Assembly: GCA_030593145.1 (NCBI GenBank)
Contig: JAUVHU010000005.1
Span: forward strand, 1,502 to 65,501
Source of the DNA: Desulfobacteraceae bacterium
GTDB taxonomy: Bacteria; Desulfobacterota; Desulfobacteria; Desulfobacterales; ETH-SRB1
Direction: 5' to 3'
DNA length: 64,000 nt
Shown here: positions 52,714 to 63,047 of the stretch, piece by piece
Position numbering within the stretch: position 1 is the stretch's first letter
How the letters are laid out: each line of letters begins with the position of its first letter
Made by a program: the position numbers and the translations under genes
The notes under the pieces: model-generated
Seen by the model: the letters and a program-made list of their open reading frames with translations, nothing else
What the model was told of the DNA's origin: nothing
Databases searched by the model: none

Positions 52714-53535
52714 ATGGCCGAATTAAGTGATATTGATTTTGAAAAGATAAGAAGTCTTGTTTATGAACAGAGTGGTATCAATCTGCATAAGGGTAAAAAG
52801 GAGCTGGTGAAAGCCCGGTTAGGCAAACGCCTGCGGGAAGGAAAATTCGGGTCTTTCAGGGATTATTATCGTTATGTGACAACCGAAAAGGGGATTAATG
52901 AATTGGTTGTCATGATCGATTCTATTTCTACAAATTTGACAAGCTTTTTCAGGGAAGAAACCCATTTTCACAAGCTTCGCGAGGTTATATCTGCGTTGAT
53001 GGAGACGCCTGGTAACGGTAGTTCTGTGTTCGGGTTGAAGATATGGAGTGCAGGCTGTTCGACAGGTGAGGAGCCATACTCGCTTGCAATTACCTTGAGG
53101 GAGATTGCTTATGGCAGAAAAGTTGATCTTCAAATATTGGCCACCGATATTTCTACTGAGGTGCTTAAAACCGCATTAGCCGGCGTATACACAAAGGAAA
53201 AGCTTGGCAAAATTTCTCCCTCGCTTCTGAAAAAATATTTTCAGATTGGACGAAACGATTGGAGTGGATATTATCGGGCAAAGAATGAAATTAAAGATAT
53301 TATAAAGTTCAGGAGATTCAATCTTATGGAAGCCCAGCCTTTTAAAGGTCTTTTTAACGCTATATTCTGCAGGAATGTTATGATATATTTCGATAAAGAG
53401 ACACAAGATGGTCTTGTAAACAGATTTTACGACAGCCTGAAAAAAGGGGGTTATTTTTTTGTTGGTCATTCTGAAAGTTTGACTGGTTTGACTCACCGGT
53501 TTAAGTATGTCGAGCCGAGTGTTTATCGGAAATAG
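52714..53535 (+). CDS. cheR: Chemotaxis methyltransferase CheR.
   Basis: The N-terminal helical domain is followed by the SAM-methyltransferase motif IWSAGCSTGEEPYSLA and then FCRNVMIYFD. Confidence 0.9.
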   Translation: MAELSDIDFEKIRSLVYEQSGINLHKGKKELVKARLGKRLREGKFGSFRDYYRYVTTEKGINELVVMIDSISTNLTSFFREETHFHKLREVISALMETPGNGSSVFGLKIWSAGCSTGEEPYSLAITLREIAYGRKVDLQILATDISTEVLKTALAGVYTKEKLGKISPSLLKKYFQIGRNDWSGYYRAKNEIKDIIKFRRFNLMEAQPFKGLFNAIFCRNVMIYFDKETQDGLVNRFYDSLKKGGYFFVGHSESLTGLTHRFKYVEPSVYRK

Positions 53536-53559
53536 GGGGCAGTGATCGGGGATCAGGGA

Positions 53560-53705
53560 ATGAGTTTTAAGAGTTGTCGGGATCTGGAGGTTTGGCAAAA
53601 GGCAATGGAACTGGTAGTGGTAGTAGAATCCTATCGGATAGGCTCTTAAGCAGGACAGCGGAAGTTGGTCGAATGCTTAACGGGTTACGAAAATCCCTGA
53701 GAAAG
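53560..53705 (+). pseudogene. Internally deleted, frameshifted relic of a four-helix-bundle protein gene (23S rRNA intervening-sequence protein family).
   Basis: The N-terminal piece MSFKSCRDLEVWQKAMELVVVVESYR (stop at 53647) and, in another frame, the C-terminal piece SRTAEVGRMLNGLRKSL are the two hallmark ends of that ~120-aa family. About 70 aa in the middle are missing. Confidence 0.6.
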
Positions 53706-53741
53706 TATAATCGACCCCTGTATAAATGTTATGGTAACTTT

Positions 53742-54224
53742 ATGAGCAAGATTATAGTTGGAGTTCCGGATATGAAGGTAAGCGGAAACGTTAAGGATGT
53801 GCTGGTTACCTATGCCCTTGGTTCATGTATTGCTGTTGCTGTTTATGATCCAGTGGTAAAGGTGGGAGGACTTTTGCATTTTATGCTTCCCGACTCATTG
53901 CTTGATTTAAACAAGGCAGGAAAAACACCGGCGATGTTTGCAGATACCGGCGTACCTTTTTTGTTTAAATCGTGTTACAAGTTGGGAGCCGAAAAAAGGC
54001 GTATGATCGTAAAGATTGCCGGCGGGGCTAGCATCCTGGATAATTCAAACCACTTCCGTATCGGCCAGAAAAACATAACCGCTTTGAGAAAGATATTCTG
54101 GAAAAACAATGTCCTGGTAGATGGTGATGACACCGGTGGATATTACAATCGGACAGTTCGTCTGCATATTTCTACCGGCAAATTTGATATTAAGGATTCC
54201 AGCGGGGTTTTTAAGGAGTTGTAG
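53742..54224 (+). CDS. cheD: Chemoreceptor glutamine deamidase CheD (copy 1).
   Basis: The CheD signature is YALGSCIAVAVYDPVVKVGGLLHFMLPDS. ATG 53742 is used because the ORF-track start 53574 reads through the pseudogene relic. Confidence 0.85.
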   Translation: MSKIIVGVPDMKVSGNVKDVLVTYALGSCIAVAVYDPVVKVGGLLHFMLPDSLLDLNKAGKTPAMFADTGVPFLFKSCYKLGAEKRRMIVKIAGGASILDNSNHFRIGQKNITALRKIFWKNNVLVDGDDTGGYYNRTVRLHISTGKFDIKDSSGVFKEL

Positions 54225-54232
54225 GGTAACCT

Positions 54233-54452
54233 CACAGTTTATAGTTATCGGTTCACGGTTAAAAAATAGATTGCACAAGGATTGGTTGCGGAGCTGAGAA
54301 CACATATTTATATTTCACGAGAGCTTATATATTTTCTGATTTAGATGCGAAAGAATTAATTCAAAAGTTAAAATCAATATCCAAAACGCTTCAATCGTTG
54401 CATAGTTCTATTAGAAAAAACTGTGAACTGTGAACCGACAACCGTGAACGGT
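54233..54452. repeat. Long-range inverted repeat of family N words enclosing about 150 nt (cheD-cheY spacer).
   Basis: The left arm is CACAGTTTATAGTTATCGGTTCACGGTT. The right arm is AACTGTGAACTGTGAACCGACAACCGTGAACGGTT, ending 13 nt before ATG 54466. Confidence 0.8.
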
Positions 54453-54465
54453 TAAGGGAGTTATT

Positions 54466-54897
54466 ATGTCTTTCAATGTACTGATTGTGGATGATTCAAA
54501 TTCAATGCGCGCTGTTATAAAGAAGATCATTTCAATTTCAGGTTTTAAGATAGATCAATGCGTTGAGGCCGGGAACGGGAAGGAGGCGCTGGAGGCGCTG
54601 ACAGACAATTGGGTGGATGTGATTGTATCGGATATAAATATGCCGGAAATGAATGGTTTCGAATTATTAAAGAGTTTAAAAGAAGATGATCTTCTTAAGA
54701 ACATTCCCGTCATACTTATAACTACGGAAAGCAGTGAGGAACGTATGCAGGATGCGTTCAATCTCGGAGCAAAGGGTTTTATAAAAAAACCTTTTACTCC
54801 TGAAGAGGTTAAAAAAATTCTTTATGAGGTCATAGGGGTGAATAATGAAGGAGAATATGAAGAAGATAGAGGAGACAATGAGGCTTTCGATTTCTGA
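54466..54897 (+). CDS. cheY: CheY-like single-domain response regulator.
   Basis: NVLIVDDSNSMRAVI..DVIVSDINMPEMNGFELL..VILITTES..GAKGFIKKPF has all the REC acidic, Thr and Lys positions. Confidence 0.85.
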   Translation: MSFNVLIVDDSNSMRAVIKKIISISGFKIDQCVEAGNGKEALEALTDNWVDVIVSDINMPEMNGFELLKSLKEDDLLKNIPVILITTESSEERMQDAFNLGAKGFIKKPFTPEEVKKILYEVIGVNNEGEYEEDRGDNEAFDF

Positions 54898-55333
54898 AGT
54901 CTTTGAAAAGATGTTTTATATCTTTCTTGAACCTCTGGATGATGAAAGTGATGAATATGATATGGAAGCTGCCATAAGGTTTGAAGGTTCCCTGAGCGGG
55001 GAGATCAGGACTTTACTTTCTATAGAAATGGCGAAAGCTATGATTCAAAATATGCTGAATATAGAGGAGGATAAAATAACCGGACATGACATTGAAGATT
55101 GCTTAAAAGAAGCTGTTAATATGATCTGCGGAAATTTTCTCGGTAAATTTGACAGCGCAAAGGTATTTAATCTATCAATGCCGGTGTTTAGTGAACCCTC
55201 CCTTTTTAAGAAAGAGGGAGTGGAGGGATTATCAGATGAAAAATCCAGAGACTCCGGATTAAGCGGAAATATTTGCAGGATGGATTTTGACTCGGATAGC
55301 GGAAGAATTTGTGTGATTATTGAGGTTAGTTGA
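54845..55333 (+). CDS. CheX/CheC-like protein (putative CheY-P phosphatase). Weak call.
   Basis: The size, che-operon context and the N-terminal ISEVFEKMFYIF.. and ..EAVNMICGNFLGKF segments resemble CheX. It overlaps the preceding gene by about 50 nt, so the start is uncertain. Confidence 0.45.
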   Translation: MKENMKKIEETMRLSISEVFEKMFYIFLEPLDDESDEYDMEAAIRFEGSLSGEIRTLLSIEMAKAMIQNMLNIEEDKITGHDIEDCLKEAVNMICGNFLGKFDSAKVFNLSMPVFSEPSLFKKEGVEGLSDEKSRDSGLSGNICRMDFDSDSGRICVIIEVS

Positions 55334-55346
55334 GTAAATACTTACT

Positions 55347-55859
55347 ATGAAAGAAAAAGATATCCAATTATACGAATATTATCTGAAACCCGGATATATA
55401 TTCTTGAATACTGAACCTTCTATGATATCCACAGTTATAGCTTCTTGTGTGGCTGTATCTTTATGGGACTGCAGGAAAAAATATGGTGGTATAGCGCATT
55501 ATTTATATCCTTTTATAAGCACCGAGGATGAGGCAACAGCTCGGTACGGAAATGTGGCGATCAGCTATTTAATAAGCATGTTTTTAAAAGAGGGGACAGA
55601 TAAAAAAAATATTAAAGCTCAGATATTTGGCGGGGCATCATTGCAACAATCGACTGAATGCAGGAAAGTAGCAAAAGAGAATGTTGGGATTGCCAGAAGT
55701 GTTTTGGGAAAATTTAAAATCAGTGTTATTTCAGAGGATGTGGGCGGTAATTTAGGCCGCAAGCTTCTTTACAACGCTTTTAGCAACGAAACCATCGTTT
55801 ACAAGGTGAAAAAACTTCGCCAGAATGACTGGTATCCTTATATAAATAACAGAGAATAA
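55347..55859 (+). CDS. cheD: CheD paralog (copy 2).
   Basis: ASCVAVSLWDCRKKYGGIAHYLYP and AQIFGGAS parallel the CheD motifs of copy 1 (GSCIAVAVYDPVVKVGGLLHFMLP, VKIAGGAS). Confidence 0.7.
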   Translation: MKEKDIQLYEYYLKPGYIFLNTEPSMISTVIASCVAVSLWDCRKKYGGIAHYLYPFISTEDEATARYGNVAISYLISMFLKEGTDKKNIKAQIFGGASLQQSTECRKVAKENVGIARSVLGKFKISVISEDVGGNLGRKLLYNAFSNETIVYKVKKLRQNDWYPYINNRE

Positions 55860-55880
55860 TTGAGCAGGCTTTTAGGCTGA

Positions 55881-56927
<1,047 letters not shown>

Positions 56928-56953
56928 CCTGAGTAATTACAGAGGTGTAAATT

Positions 56954-59164
56954 ATGAAAGAATATGATTCTTTGATGAATTTGATTGATAGTATAGCTTC
57001 CGACTTTTTATTTTTCGATAGCAAGGAAATCGATGTGCCGGCCGCAGGTAATTTTCTTAATAAATTGGAGCAGTTAATAAAAGAAGCGGAGGCTTTAGAG
57101 GCAGATCGGTTAAAAAGGGTAGCCAGTGGATTAAGTAGTCTTCTCGAGAAGATCATTCTTGAAAGAATAGAGGATAAAGAAGCAGGATTCGGCGTCTTTG
57201 AAAAGGGTATTACCCTGATGCAGGAGATCGGTGACAGTCTTAAGAACACTGGCGGTTACGAAGGCGATATTGAAAGTTTTATGGAGTCAATTGCCGTTCT
57301 TACTGGAGAGCAGGGAGCGGAGAGCGGAGAGCAAATAGCGGAAAGCGAAGAGCAAGTAGCAGAGAGCAAAGAGCAGGGAGCGGAGAGCGACGAGATACAG
57401 GACGAGTCGCTGTTGAGGGATTTTATTGTTGAAGGTCTGGAATACATTGATGAGATTGAGGTAAATTTATTGAATCTGGAGCAGGACCCTGAGAATTTAG
57501 ATTGTGTTAATGCTATATTCAGACCGTTTCATTCCATCAAGGGGGTGGCCGGGTTTCTCAATCTAGAAGCGATTCGTGATCTTGCCCATACCCTTGAGAA
57601 CCTTCTGGATAAGGTAAGAAATAAGGAATTATTGGTGAGTTCCCGGCTTATAGATATAATTCTTGATGGATCCGATGTTCTGAAGGCGATAATTGTTAAA
57701 TTGAAAGACGATATGGAAGGCAATCCGACTGAACCTTTAGAGATTGATACATCTACCTTGAAAAAGCGGATAGAAAGTATTGAACAGGGTGCTCCGGATA
57801 CCGTTGAAGTGAAAAAACTGGGTGAAATACTGGTCGAAGACGGTGCTATAACAGAGGAGAACCTGGAGCAAGGCCTTGAAGTTGCAGAACAATCGATTCC
57901 ACCCAAGAAAATTGGGGAAGCCCTGATATCTGAAGGTAAGGTTACTCCGAAGCAGGTATCACAGGCCCTGAGAAAACAGACAAAGAAGGCCGTAGATACC
58001 GCTGTGGTAAGGGTAAATATAAAGAAGCTGGATGATTTAATCGATATGGTTGGTGAACTGGTCATTACACAGTCGATGATCAGGCAGAATTCGTTTATTC
58101 TATCAAATTCCGATATAAGGTTGAGCAGAGATGTTTCCCGTCTGTCCAGTATTACATCGGAACTCCAGAGAACCTCTACCAGCTTGAGAATGGTGCCTAT
58201 CAAGCAGACATTTCAGAGGATGTCCCGTCTTGTCAGGGATCTGTCCAGAGATGCCGGAAAGCATGTTGGTGTTGTCACGGAAGGTGAGGATACGGAGATA
58301 GACAGAAATATGGTGGAGGAGATATATAATCCGCTTGTACACATGGTACGGAATGCCGTAGATCATGGTATAGATTCTTCTGAGGAGCGTATAAAGGCCG
58401 GTAAACCTGAAAAGGGCATGGTACGGCTCAAGGCCTTTCACAGAGGAGGTAATGTTGTAATCGAAATATCGGATGACGGAAAAGGGCTGGATAGGGACGT
58501 AATACTGAAAAAGGCTGTCGAGAAAGAACTTATCGATAGTTCAGATGATCTTTCGGATCAGGATATTTATAAGCTGATTTTTTCCGCCGGTTTTTCAACT
58601 GCTGCGAAAGTAACGGATATCTCCGGGCGGGGAGTGGGGATGGATGTAGTGAAACAGGCCGTGGAAAAACTGCGGGGAAAAATAGAGATTGACAGTGTTA
58701 TTAATGAAGGTTCTACCTTTGCGCTTGGCTTTCCTCTTACCATGGCCATTATTGACGGCATGATTGTGAGGGTGGGCGGTGAAAGGTATATTATTCCTAC
58801 TACCGCTATCAGACAGTTGTTGCGTCCCAAGGAGGAATCTTATAACAATATAGTCGGCAAGGGTGAAACGATAAACGTGATGGGCAATCTTTTGCCGTTG
58901 GTAAGGTTGTATAAGATCTTCGGTATAGAGCCTGAGCATGAAAATCCCTGGGAAGCCATAGTGGTGGTGCTTGAAGGTGAAAACAGATCCAAGTGTTTGC
59001 TGGTGGATGAGATTTTAGGTGAAGAGGAAGTGGTGATCAAAAGTCTTGGTGAAAGTTTGAAAAGCAGCAAAGGAGTTTCCGGTGGTGCTATCATGGGGGA
59101 TGGTAATGTAGGATTGATATTGGACCCGGAAGGGCTGTTTGAATTGAGTGAGAGTTTAGGTTGA
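56954..59164 (+). CDS. cheA: Chemotaxis histidine kinase CheA, with a ~150-aa N-terminal extension and a repeat-encoded acidic linker.
   Basis: HPt domain ([14 protein letters not shown]), dimerisation domain, HATPase ([27 protein letters not shown]) and a CheW-like C-terminus. The linker [27 protein letters not shown] is encoded by word repeats. Confidence 0.95.
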   Translation: MKEYDSLMNLIDSIASDFLFFDSKEIDVPAAGNFLNKLEQLIKEAEALEADRLKRVASGLSSLLEKIILERIEDKEAGFGVFEKGITLMQEIGDSLKNTGGYEGDIESFMESIAVLTGEQGAESGEQIAESEEQVAESKEQGAESDEIQDESLLRDFIVEGLEYIDEIEVNLLNLEQDPENLDCVNAIFRPFHSIKGVAGFLNLEAIRDLAHTLENLLDKVRNKELLVSSRLIDIILDGSDVLKAIIVKLKDDMEGNPTEPLEIDTSTLKKRIESIEQGAPDTVEVKKLGEILVEDGAITEENLEQGLEVAEQSIPPKKIGEALISEGKVTPKQVSQALRKQTKKAVDTAVVRVNIKKLDDLIDMVGELVITQSMIRQNSFILSNSDIRLSRDVSRLSSITSELQRTSTSLRMVPIKQTFQRMSRLVRDLSRDAGKHVGVVTEGEDTEIDRNMVEEIYNPLVHMVRNAVDHGIDSSEERIKAGKPEKGMVRLKAFHRGGNVVIEISDDGKGLDRDVILKKAVEKELIDSSDDLSDQDIYKLIFSAGFSTAAKVTDISGRGVGMDVVKQAVEKLRGKIEIDSVINEGSTFALGFPLTMAIIDGMIVRVGGERYIIPTTAIRQLLRPKEESYNNIVGKGETINVMGNLLPLVRLYKIFGIEPEHENPWEAIVVVLEGENRSKCLLVDEILGEEEVVIKSLGESLKSSKGVSGGAIMGDGNVGLILDPEGLFELSESLG
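57305..57392 (+). repeat. GAGCAGGGAGCGGAGAGC-word repeat within cheA coding sequence.
   Basis: GGAGAGCAGGGAGCGGAGAGCGGAGAGCAAATAGCGGAAAGCGAAGAGCAAGTAGCAGAGAGCAAAGAGCAGGGAGCGGAGAGCGA is the reverse complement type of the arm at 38447-38529. Confidence 0.85.
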
Positions 59165-59181
59165 ATAAAAGGAGTGTGGTC

Positions 59182-59568
59182 ATGGACGTTGATAAGGATA
59201 TGAAAGTACTGGTGGTTGATGATTTTGCCACGATGAGAAGGATTATTAAAAATCTTTTAAAACAGGGAGAGTATAAAAACATTACCGAGGCCGAGGATGG
59301 TGTGGAGGCTTTGAAGATACTGAAATCAGAAAAGGTAGATTTAATCATCTCTGACTGGAATATGCCCAATATGACTGGTCTTGAGCTTCTTAAAGCTGTC
59401 AGGGCGGATAGTGAACTTTCCAGTTTGCCGTTTCTGATGGTTACGGCGGAATCTCTCAAAGACAACATTGTGATGGCGGTCAAGGAAGGAGTCAGTAATT
59501 ATATTGTAAAACCTTTTACCGCCGAGGTCTTGAGTGAAAAAATCGAAAAAATAATAGAGAAGATGTAA
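59182..59568 (+). CDS. cheY: Chemotaxis response regulator CheY.
   Basis: [56 protein letters not shown] is a classic CheY (DW-NMP motif). ATG 59182 follows an AAGGAG SD. Confidence 0.9.
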   Translation: MDVDKDMKVLVVDDFATMRRIIKNLLKQGEYKNITEAEDGVEALKILKSEKVDLIISDWNMPNMTGLELLKAVRADSELSSLPFLMVTAESLKDNIVMAVKEGVSNYIVKPFTAEVLSEKIEKIIEKM

Positions 59569-59617
59569 TTGCTCAGGTTGTTTAGGCTGAAGGCTGAAAG
59601 GTCAAAAGGAGAAAACA

Positions 59618-60085
59618 ATGGATGTTAGATTTATAAATGCCTTTTTAGATGGAACGCTTAATGTACTGAAAACAATGGCTTTTGTCGAACCGAAACCGGG
59701 CAAGCCTTATCTTAAGAAAGATAGTTTGGCCAACGGTGATGTTTCAGGGATAATAGGTCTTACAGGATCGGCAACCGGTTCAATGGCGCTGAGCTTTTCT
59801 GAGGGATCTATATTAAAGATTGTGTCAAATATGTTAGGTGAAGAGATAAAAGAAATCAATGGCGATATTACGGATGCTGTGGGTGAGATTACAAATATGG
59901 TTTCAGGCGCAGCCAGAAAAGAGCTGGAGCCGCTCGGCTTAAATATTTCGGCAGCAATTCCTACTGTGGTTTCCGGCAAAAGTCATTCGATCAAACATGT
60001 TTTGGGTGGGCCAAGCATTATTATTCCATTTGAGATAGAGGAAGGTCCTTTTGTTGTAGATATTTGTATAGGCGGGGTGAAATAA
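59618..60085 (+). CDS. cheX: CheX-family CheY-P phosphatase.
   Basis: Motifs are FINAFLDGTLNVLKTMAF, DVSGIIGLTGSATGSMALSF, and ITDAVGEITNMVSGAARKEL (CheX/CheC ExxN-like). An AAGGAGA SD is present. Confidence 0.75.
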   Translation: MDVRFINAFLDGTLNVLKTMAFVEPKPGKPYLKKDSLANGDVSGIIGLTGSATGSMALSFSEGSILKIVSNMLGEEIKEINGDITDAVGEITNMVSGAARKELEPLGLNISAAIPTVVSGKSHSIKHVLGGPSIIIPFEIEEGPFVVDICIGGVK

Positions 60086-60120
60086 AAAGGAAAGTGAAAA
60101 AACTAAGAAACACTGCAAGA

Positions 60121-60262
60121 GTTTGAAGTGAACTAAAGTTTAAAGTGAGCTAAAGTTAATGAATTCTGTCAATTATATAAAATCAGTGGAGCGAAGCGAC
60201 TCCATAACTTTAGGCACTTTAGCTCACTTTAGGCACTTTTAACTTGTACGACTTCAAGTAAA
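60121..60262. repeat. Family F hairpin, copy F1 (core TGTCAATTATATAAAATCAGTGGAGCGAAGCGACTCCAT).
   Basis: GTTTGAAGTGAACTAAAGTTTAAAGTGAGCTAAAGTT - AATGAATTCTGTCAATTATATAAAATCAGTGGAGCGAAGCGACTCCAT - AACTTTAGGCACTTTAGCTCACTTTAGGCACTTTTAACTTG. Confidence 0.9.
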
Positions 60263-60320
60263 ACAGCTTCTTTCAGGGGCAAACCAAAGCTTGGTTCTTT
60301 GGACCAGGATTCTTTATCAT

Positions 60321-61481
60321 TCAGAATCTTATACATATCACTTTGCCGGATATCCATGCCCTTTCAAAAGCCCATGCAATTTCGGCATCAAATTGAGTTC
60401 CTCTATTTCTTGCTATTTCCTTAAGAGCATCTTCCGGCTTTAAGGCTTTTCTATATGGTCTGTTGCTGGTCATTGCATCAAAGCTGTCAGCCACTGCCAA
60501 CAGTCTTCCTTTGATGGAGATATTTTCTCCAACCAGGCCCCTGGGGTAACCCTTGCCGTCAAATCTTTCATGGTGGTCAAGGATATAGGGTGTTACAGAT
60601 TTTAAGAAAGAGATATCTTTGACTATTTGAGCGCCAATCAAGGGGTGTGCTTTTATGTGATTGTATTCATTATCGGTAAGCTTTCCCGGCTTGTTCAGAA
60701 TGAAATCGGGGATGCCTATCTTGCCGACGTCATGAAGCATCCCTCCCCAATCGATGAGCTCTATTTCATTTTTGTCCCAGTGAAGCTCCTCGGCTATTGC
60801 TTTAGAAAATCGAGCAACTCTTTCAGAATGTCCTTTCGTGTATGGATCACGCGCTTCTATGGAGTTGGTAATAGCTTTGATGGTATAGAAATAAGCAGAT
60901 TTCAGATCATCAAACAGGTATGCGTTTTCCAGTGACAAGGAAAAGAAATCTACGAGAATGTGTAGAAGTTTTGAGGTTTGCTGTCTTATGAAATCTTTGT
61001 CTTCTTCAAAGACAATGACAACCGCGCCTATAGTTCTTTTCAGGTTGGAAAGGGGAGCTATCATGACACTTAAAAGCCGACCGCTTTCTTTTCCAAAAAC
61101 TTCAGTCTGGACACTCAGGGGAATGCCATTGCTGATGACCCGTCCGAAATTCCCAAGGCTGATTTGAGCCTCGACTTCCTTTTGAATAACAGCCGAAAAT
61201 TTTTCAGGTTTTGATATTTTGTGGATAAACTCAATACCTTTTTCTTCTACAAGAAAGACTGAGCAAACTTCAATTTTAACCAGTTGCCTGAGCCTGACAA
61301 GCCATGTCTCAAGTATGTGATGAACATCATGAGATAAGAGAACCTCGGATTGAAAGCGGCTTAACCGATCAAGCTTATCTTGAATGCTGATAAGCGCTCT
61401 GTTCGATTCTTCCAAAAAGTGCAGTTTTTTGATCATTGGTTCAAGTTCAATTTGATCGATTTGTGTTTGTTTGTTTTCCAT
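60321..61481 (-). CDS. GAF-like sensor plus HD-GYP c-di-GMP phosphodiesterase.
   Basis: 386 aa. The motifs are GMLHDVGKIGIPDFILNKPGKLT and HHERFDGKGYPRGL. The N-terminal half is GAF-like. Confidence 0.85.
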   Translation of the reverse strand: MENKQTQIDQIELEPMIKKLHFLEESNRALISIQDKLDRLSRFQSEVLLSHDVHHILETWLVRLRQLVKIEVCSVFLVEEKGIEFIHKISKPEKFSAVIQKEVEAQISLGNFGRVISNGIPLSVQTEVFGKESGRLLSVMIAPLSNLKRTIGAVVIVFEEDKDFIRQQTSKLLHILVDFFSLSLENAYLFDDLKSAYFYTIKAITNSIEARDPYTKGHSERVARFSKAIAEELHWDKNEIELIDWGGMLHDVGKIGIPDFILNKPGKLTDNEYNHIKAHPLIGAQIVKDISFLKSVTPYILDHHERFDGKGYPRGLVGENISIKGRLLAVADSFDAMTSNRPYRKALKPEDALKEIARNRGTQFDAEIAWAFERAWISGKVICIRF

Positions 61482-61554
61482 TTTTAATAAACTCTTACTT
61501 TTCTCATAAGGACAGGCTTTTATGAGCCTGAACGAAAATCTCGATTTTTTGTAG

Positions 61555-61720
61555 GTTGGTGTTTGTGTAGTGTTAAGTGTTAGGTGTTAAGTGTTAGGTG
61601 TTAAGGAATTATGTCAATTATATAAAATCAGTGGAGCGACACGCGGCGCAAGCGCCTGCGCTGCGCGAGCGACTCCATAACTTTAGGCACTTGAACTTTG
61701 AACCGTGAACGGTTCTTGTA
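61555..61720. repeat. Family F element, copy F2. It is chimeric (GTGTTAAG-type left arm, TTTAGGCAC-type right arm) and its core is split by a GC-rich 30-mer.
   Basis: GGTTGGTGTTTGTGTAGTGTTAAGTGTTAGGTGTTAAGTGTTAGGTGTTAAGG - AATTATGTCAATTATATAAAATCAGTGGAGCGA[CACGCGGCGCAAGCGCCTGCGCTGCGCGAG]CGACTCCAT - AACTTTAGGCACTTGAACTTTGAACCGTGAACGGTTC. Confidence 0.9.
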
Positions 61721-61738
61721 TTTAAACCTATCTGCGTT

Positions 61739-61797
61739 AATCCTCCAGAGGCGGACAAGTCTGTGTGAATCCTCCAAAGGCGGACAAGTCTGTGGCT
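61739..61797 (+). repeat. Direct tandem repeat, 2 x about 30 nt (AATCCTCCARAGGCGGACAAGTCTGTG).
   Basis: AATCCTCCAGAGGCGGACAAGTCTGTGTG / AATCCTCCAAAGGCGGACAAGTCTGTGGC. The related GAGGCGGACA motif also occurs at 7895 and 2268. Confidence 0.9.
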
Positions 61798-61809
61798 GAA
61801 TAGTTATGA

Positions 61810-62676
61810 TTATTCAAATTCCATAATAGAAATGCTTTCCTCAAAAAGTTTTATGGATTTTTGCATAACGTATTCAAGATCACTTAACTTAAGATCTAAA
61901 ATTTCCCATGCTTTTTGATTAACAATCGGTACCCGTTTCTCTCCGCCTGATCCCATACGAAGAGCTATGCAGAGACTGTTTCCGATGTGAACGGCTGCAA
62001 TCTCTTTCGTCAGGGTGTCCGGCATATAGGACAAATGATGGTGGGCTATCATGTTGACTGTTTCCTGGGGCAAATTCCATTTTTTAGCCAGGGCGCCTCC
62101 TGTCTGAGCATGATCAAAACCCAGTATCTTTTTTTCCGATTCAGACATCTGAGATCCGGTCTCCACAACATTGGCGACCACATCGTTAAACTCTTCGCAC
62201 AAATAGGCGGCATGGATCAGTTTTCCTATGTCGTGAAGTAGCCCTCCTGTGAAAACATCTTCAGGGTTTTTTAAGTAGGCGGTTTCAGCCAGGACCCTCG
62301 ATAGGATTGCGCATCCTGTGGAATGTTTCCAGAACTCCTGCATATTAAATGCGCTGCTCGATTTGAATTCTTTTACAATTTTATACATAGAAGCTGCGAG
62401 TACCATGTTTTTTATTTCGGTCAGCCCCAAAATTACGATGGCATGCCGCAGATCTCCGATTTTATTATAAAAACCATAGGCAGCCGAGTTGACAATTTTG
62501 AGTACCATGGCCGCTATAGCCTGATCTTCAGAGATGATATTGCTTATCATTTTGATTGATGAGTCCGGTGTATTCAGAAGACGTGAAAGCTTCATGTAAA
62601 TAGTAGGTAAAATTGGCAGGTTACCAATGGAATTTATTATTGTATCAATCTTTTTCGATTTCATCAGTAGAACCAT
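61810..62676 (-). CDS. HDOD-domain signalling protein.
   Basis: LPILPTIYMKLSRLLNTPDSSIKMISNIISEDQAIAAMVLKIVNSAAYGF.. and GLLHDIGKL are typical of HDOD. The start is 62676 or 62664, and it overlaps the upstream ORF. Confidence 0.8.
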   Translation of the reverse strand: MVLLMKSKKIDTIINSIGNLPILPTIYMKLSRLLNTPDSSIKMISNIISEDQAIAAMVLKIVNSAAYGFYNKIGDLRHAIVILGLTEIKNMVLAASMYKIVKEFKSSSAFNMQEFWKHSTGCAILSRVLAETAYLKNPEDVFTGGLLHDIGKLIHAAYLCEEFNDVVANVVETGSQMSESEKKILGFDHAQTGGALAKKWNLPQETVNMIAHHHLSYMPDTLTKEIAAVHIGNSLCIALRMGSGGEKRVPIVNQKAWEILDLKLSDLEYVMQKSIKLFEESISIMEFE

Positions 62677-63013
62677 TGGTTTGATTTGCGGCCTGTCGCA
62701 AACTTATTTTTTTAACAATCTTGTATATTTCCTCCATGACAGGATTAGCTTCAACAGGTGGAAATAATTCGTCAAGCTTCCTTTCAATCGATTCAACAAT
62801 ATCAGTCGACAGGGCTTCCATTTCTTGTTTTATCACTTGATCGCCGTCAATACCCTTTATGTCAACTCCTGTGATTCCCCAAGTCTTAAAAGAATTGATA
62901 TGTTTTTCAGTCAGCGCGTTACCTTTGCCCAGAATGACAGCGCCATGCCTGTTTTTGGTAGATTGCGCCAAAATCATACCGGTTTTCAGATCATTTATAT
63001 TTAAGATACCCAT
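62645..63013 (-). CDS. Hypothetical 122-aa protein between the sigma54 activator and the HDOD gene.
   Basis: ORF track. The N-terminus INDLKTGMILAQSTKNRHGAVILGKGNALTEKHINSFKTWGITGVDI resembles the small N-terminal modules often fused to HD-GYP proteins, from memory. No firm family call. Confidence 0.45.
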   Translation of the reverse strand: MGILNINDLKTGMILAQSTKNRHGAVILGKGNALTEKHINSFKTWGITGVDIKGIDGDQVIKQEMEALSTDIVESIERKLDELFPPVEANPVMEEIYKIVKKISLRQAANQTNGSTDEIEKD

Positions 63014-63047
63014 AAACTAATTCCGTGTTGTAGAAAGTGGAAAATTG

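Noticed and set aside
60262-60320. CCAAAGAACCAAGCTTTGG hairpin between the convergent cheX and HD-GYP genes as a bidirectional terminator.
   Set aside because: It has only a 6-bp stem with a weak, interrupted T-run on the minus strand and none on the plus strand. That is insufficient to call.
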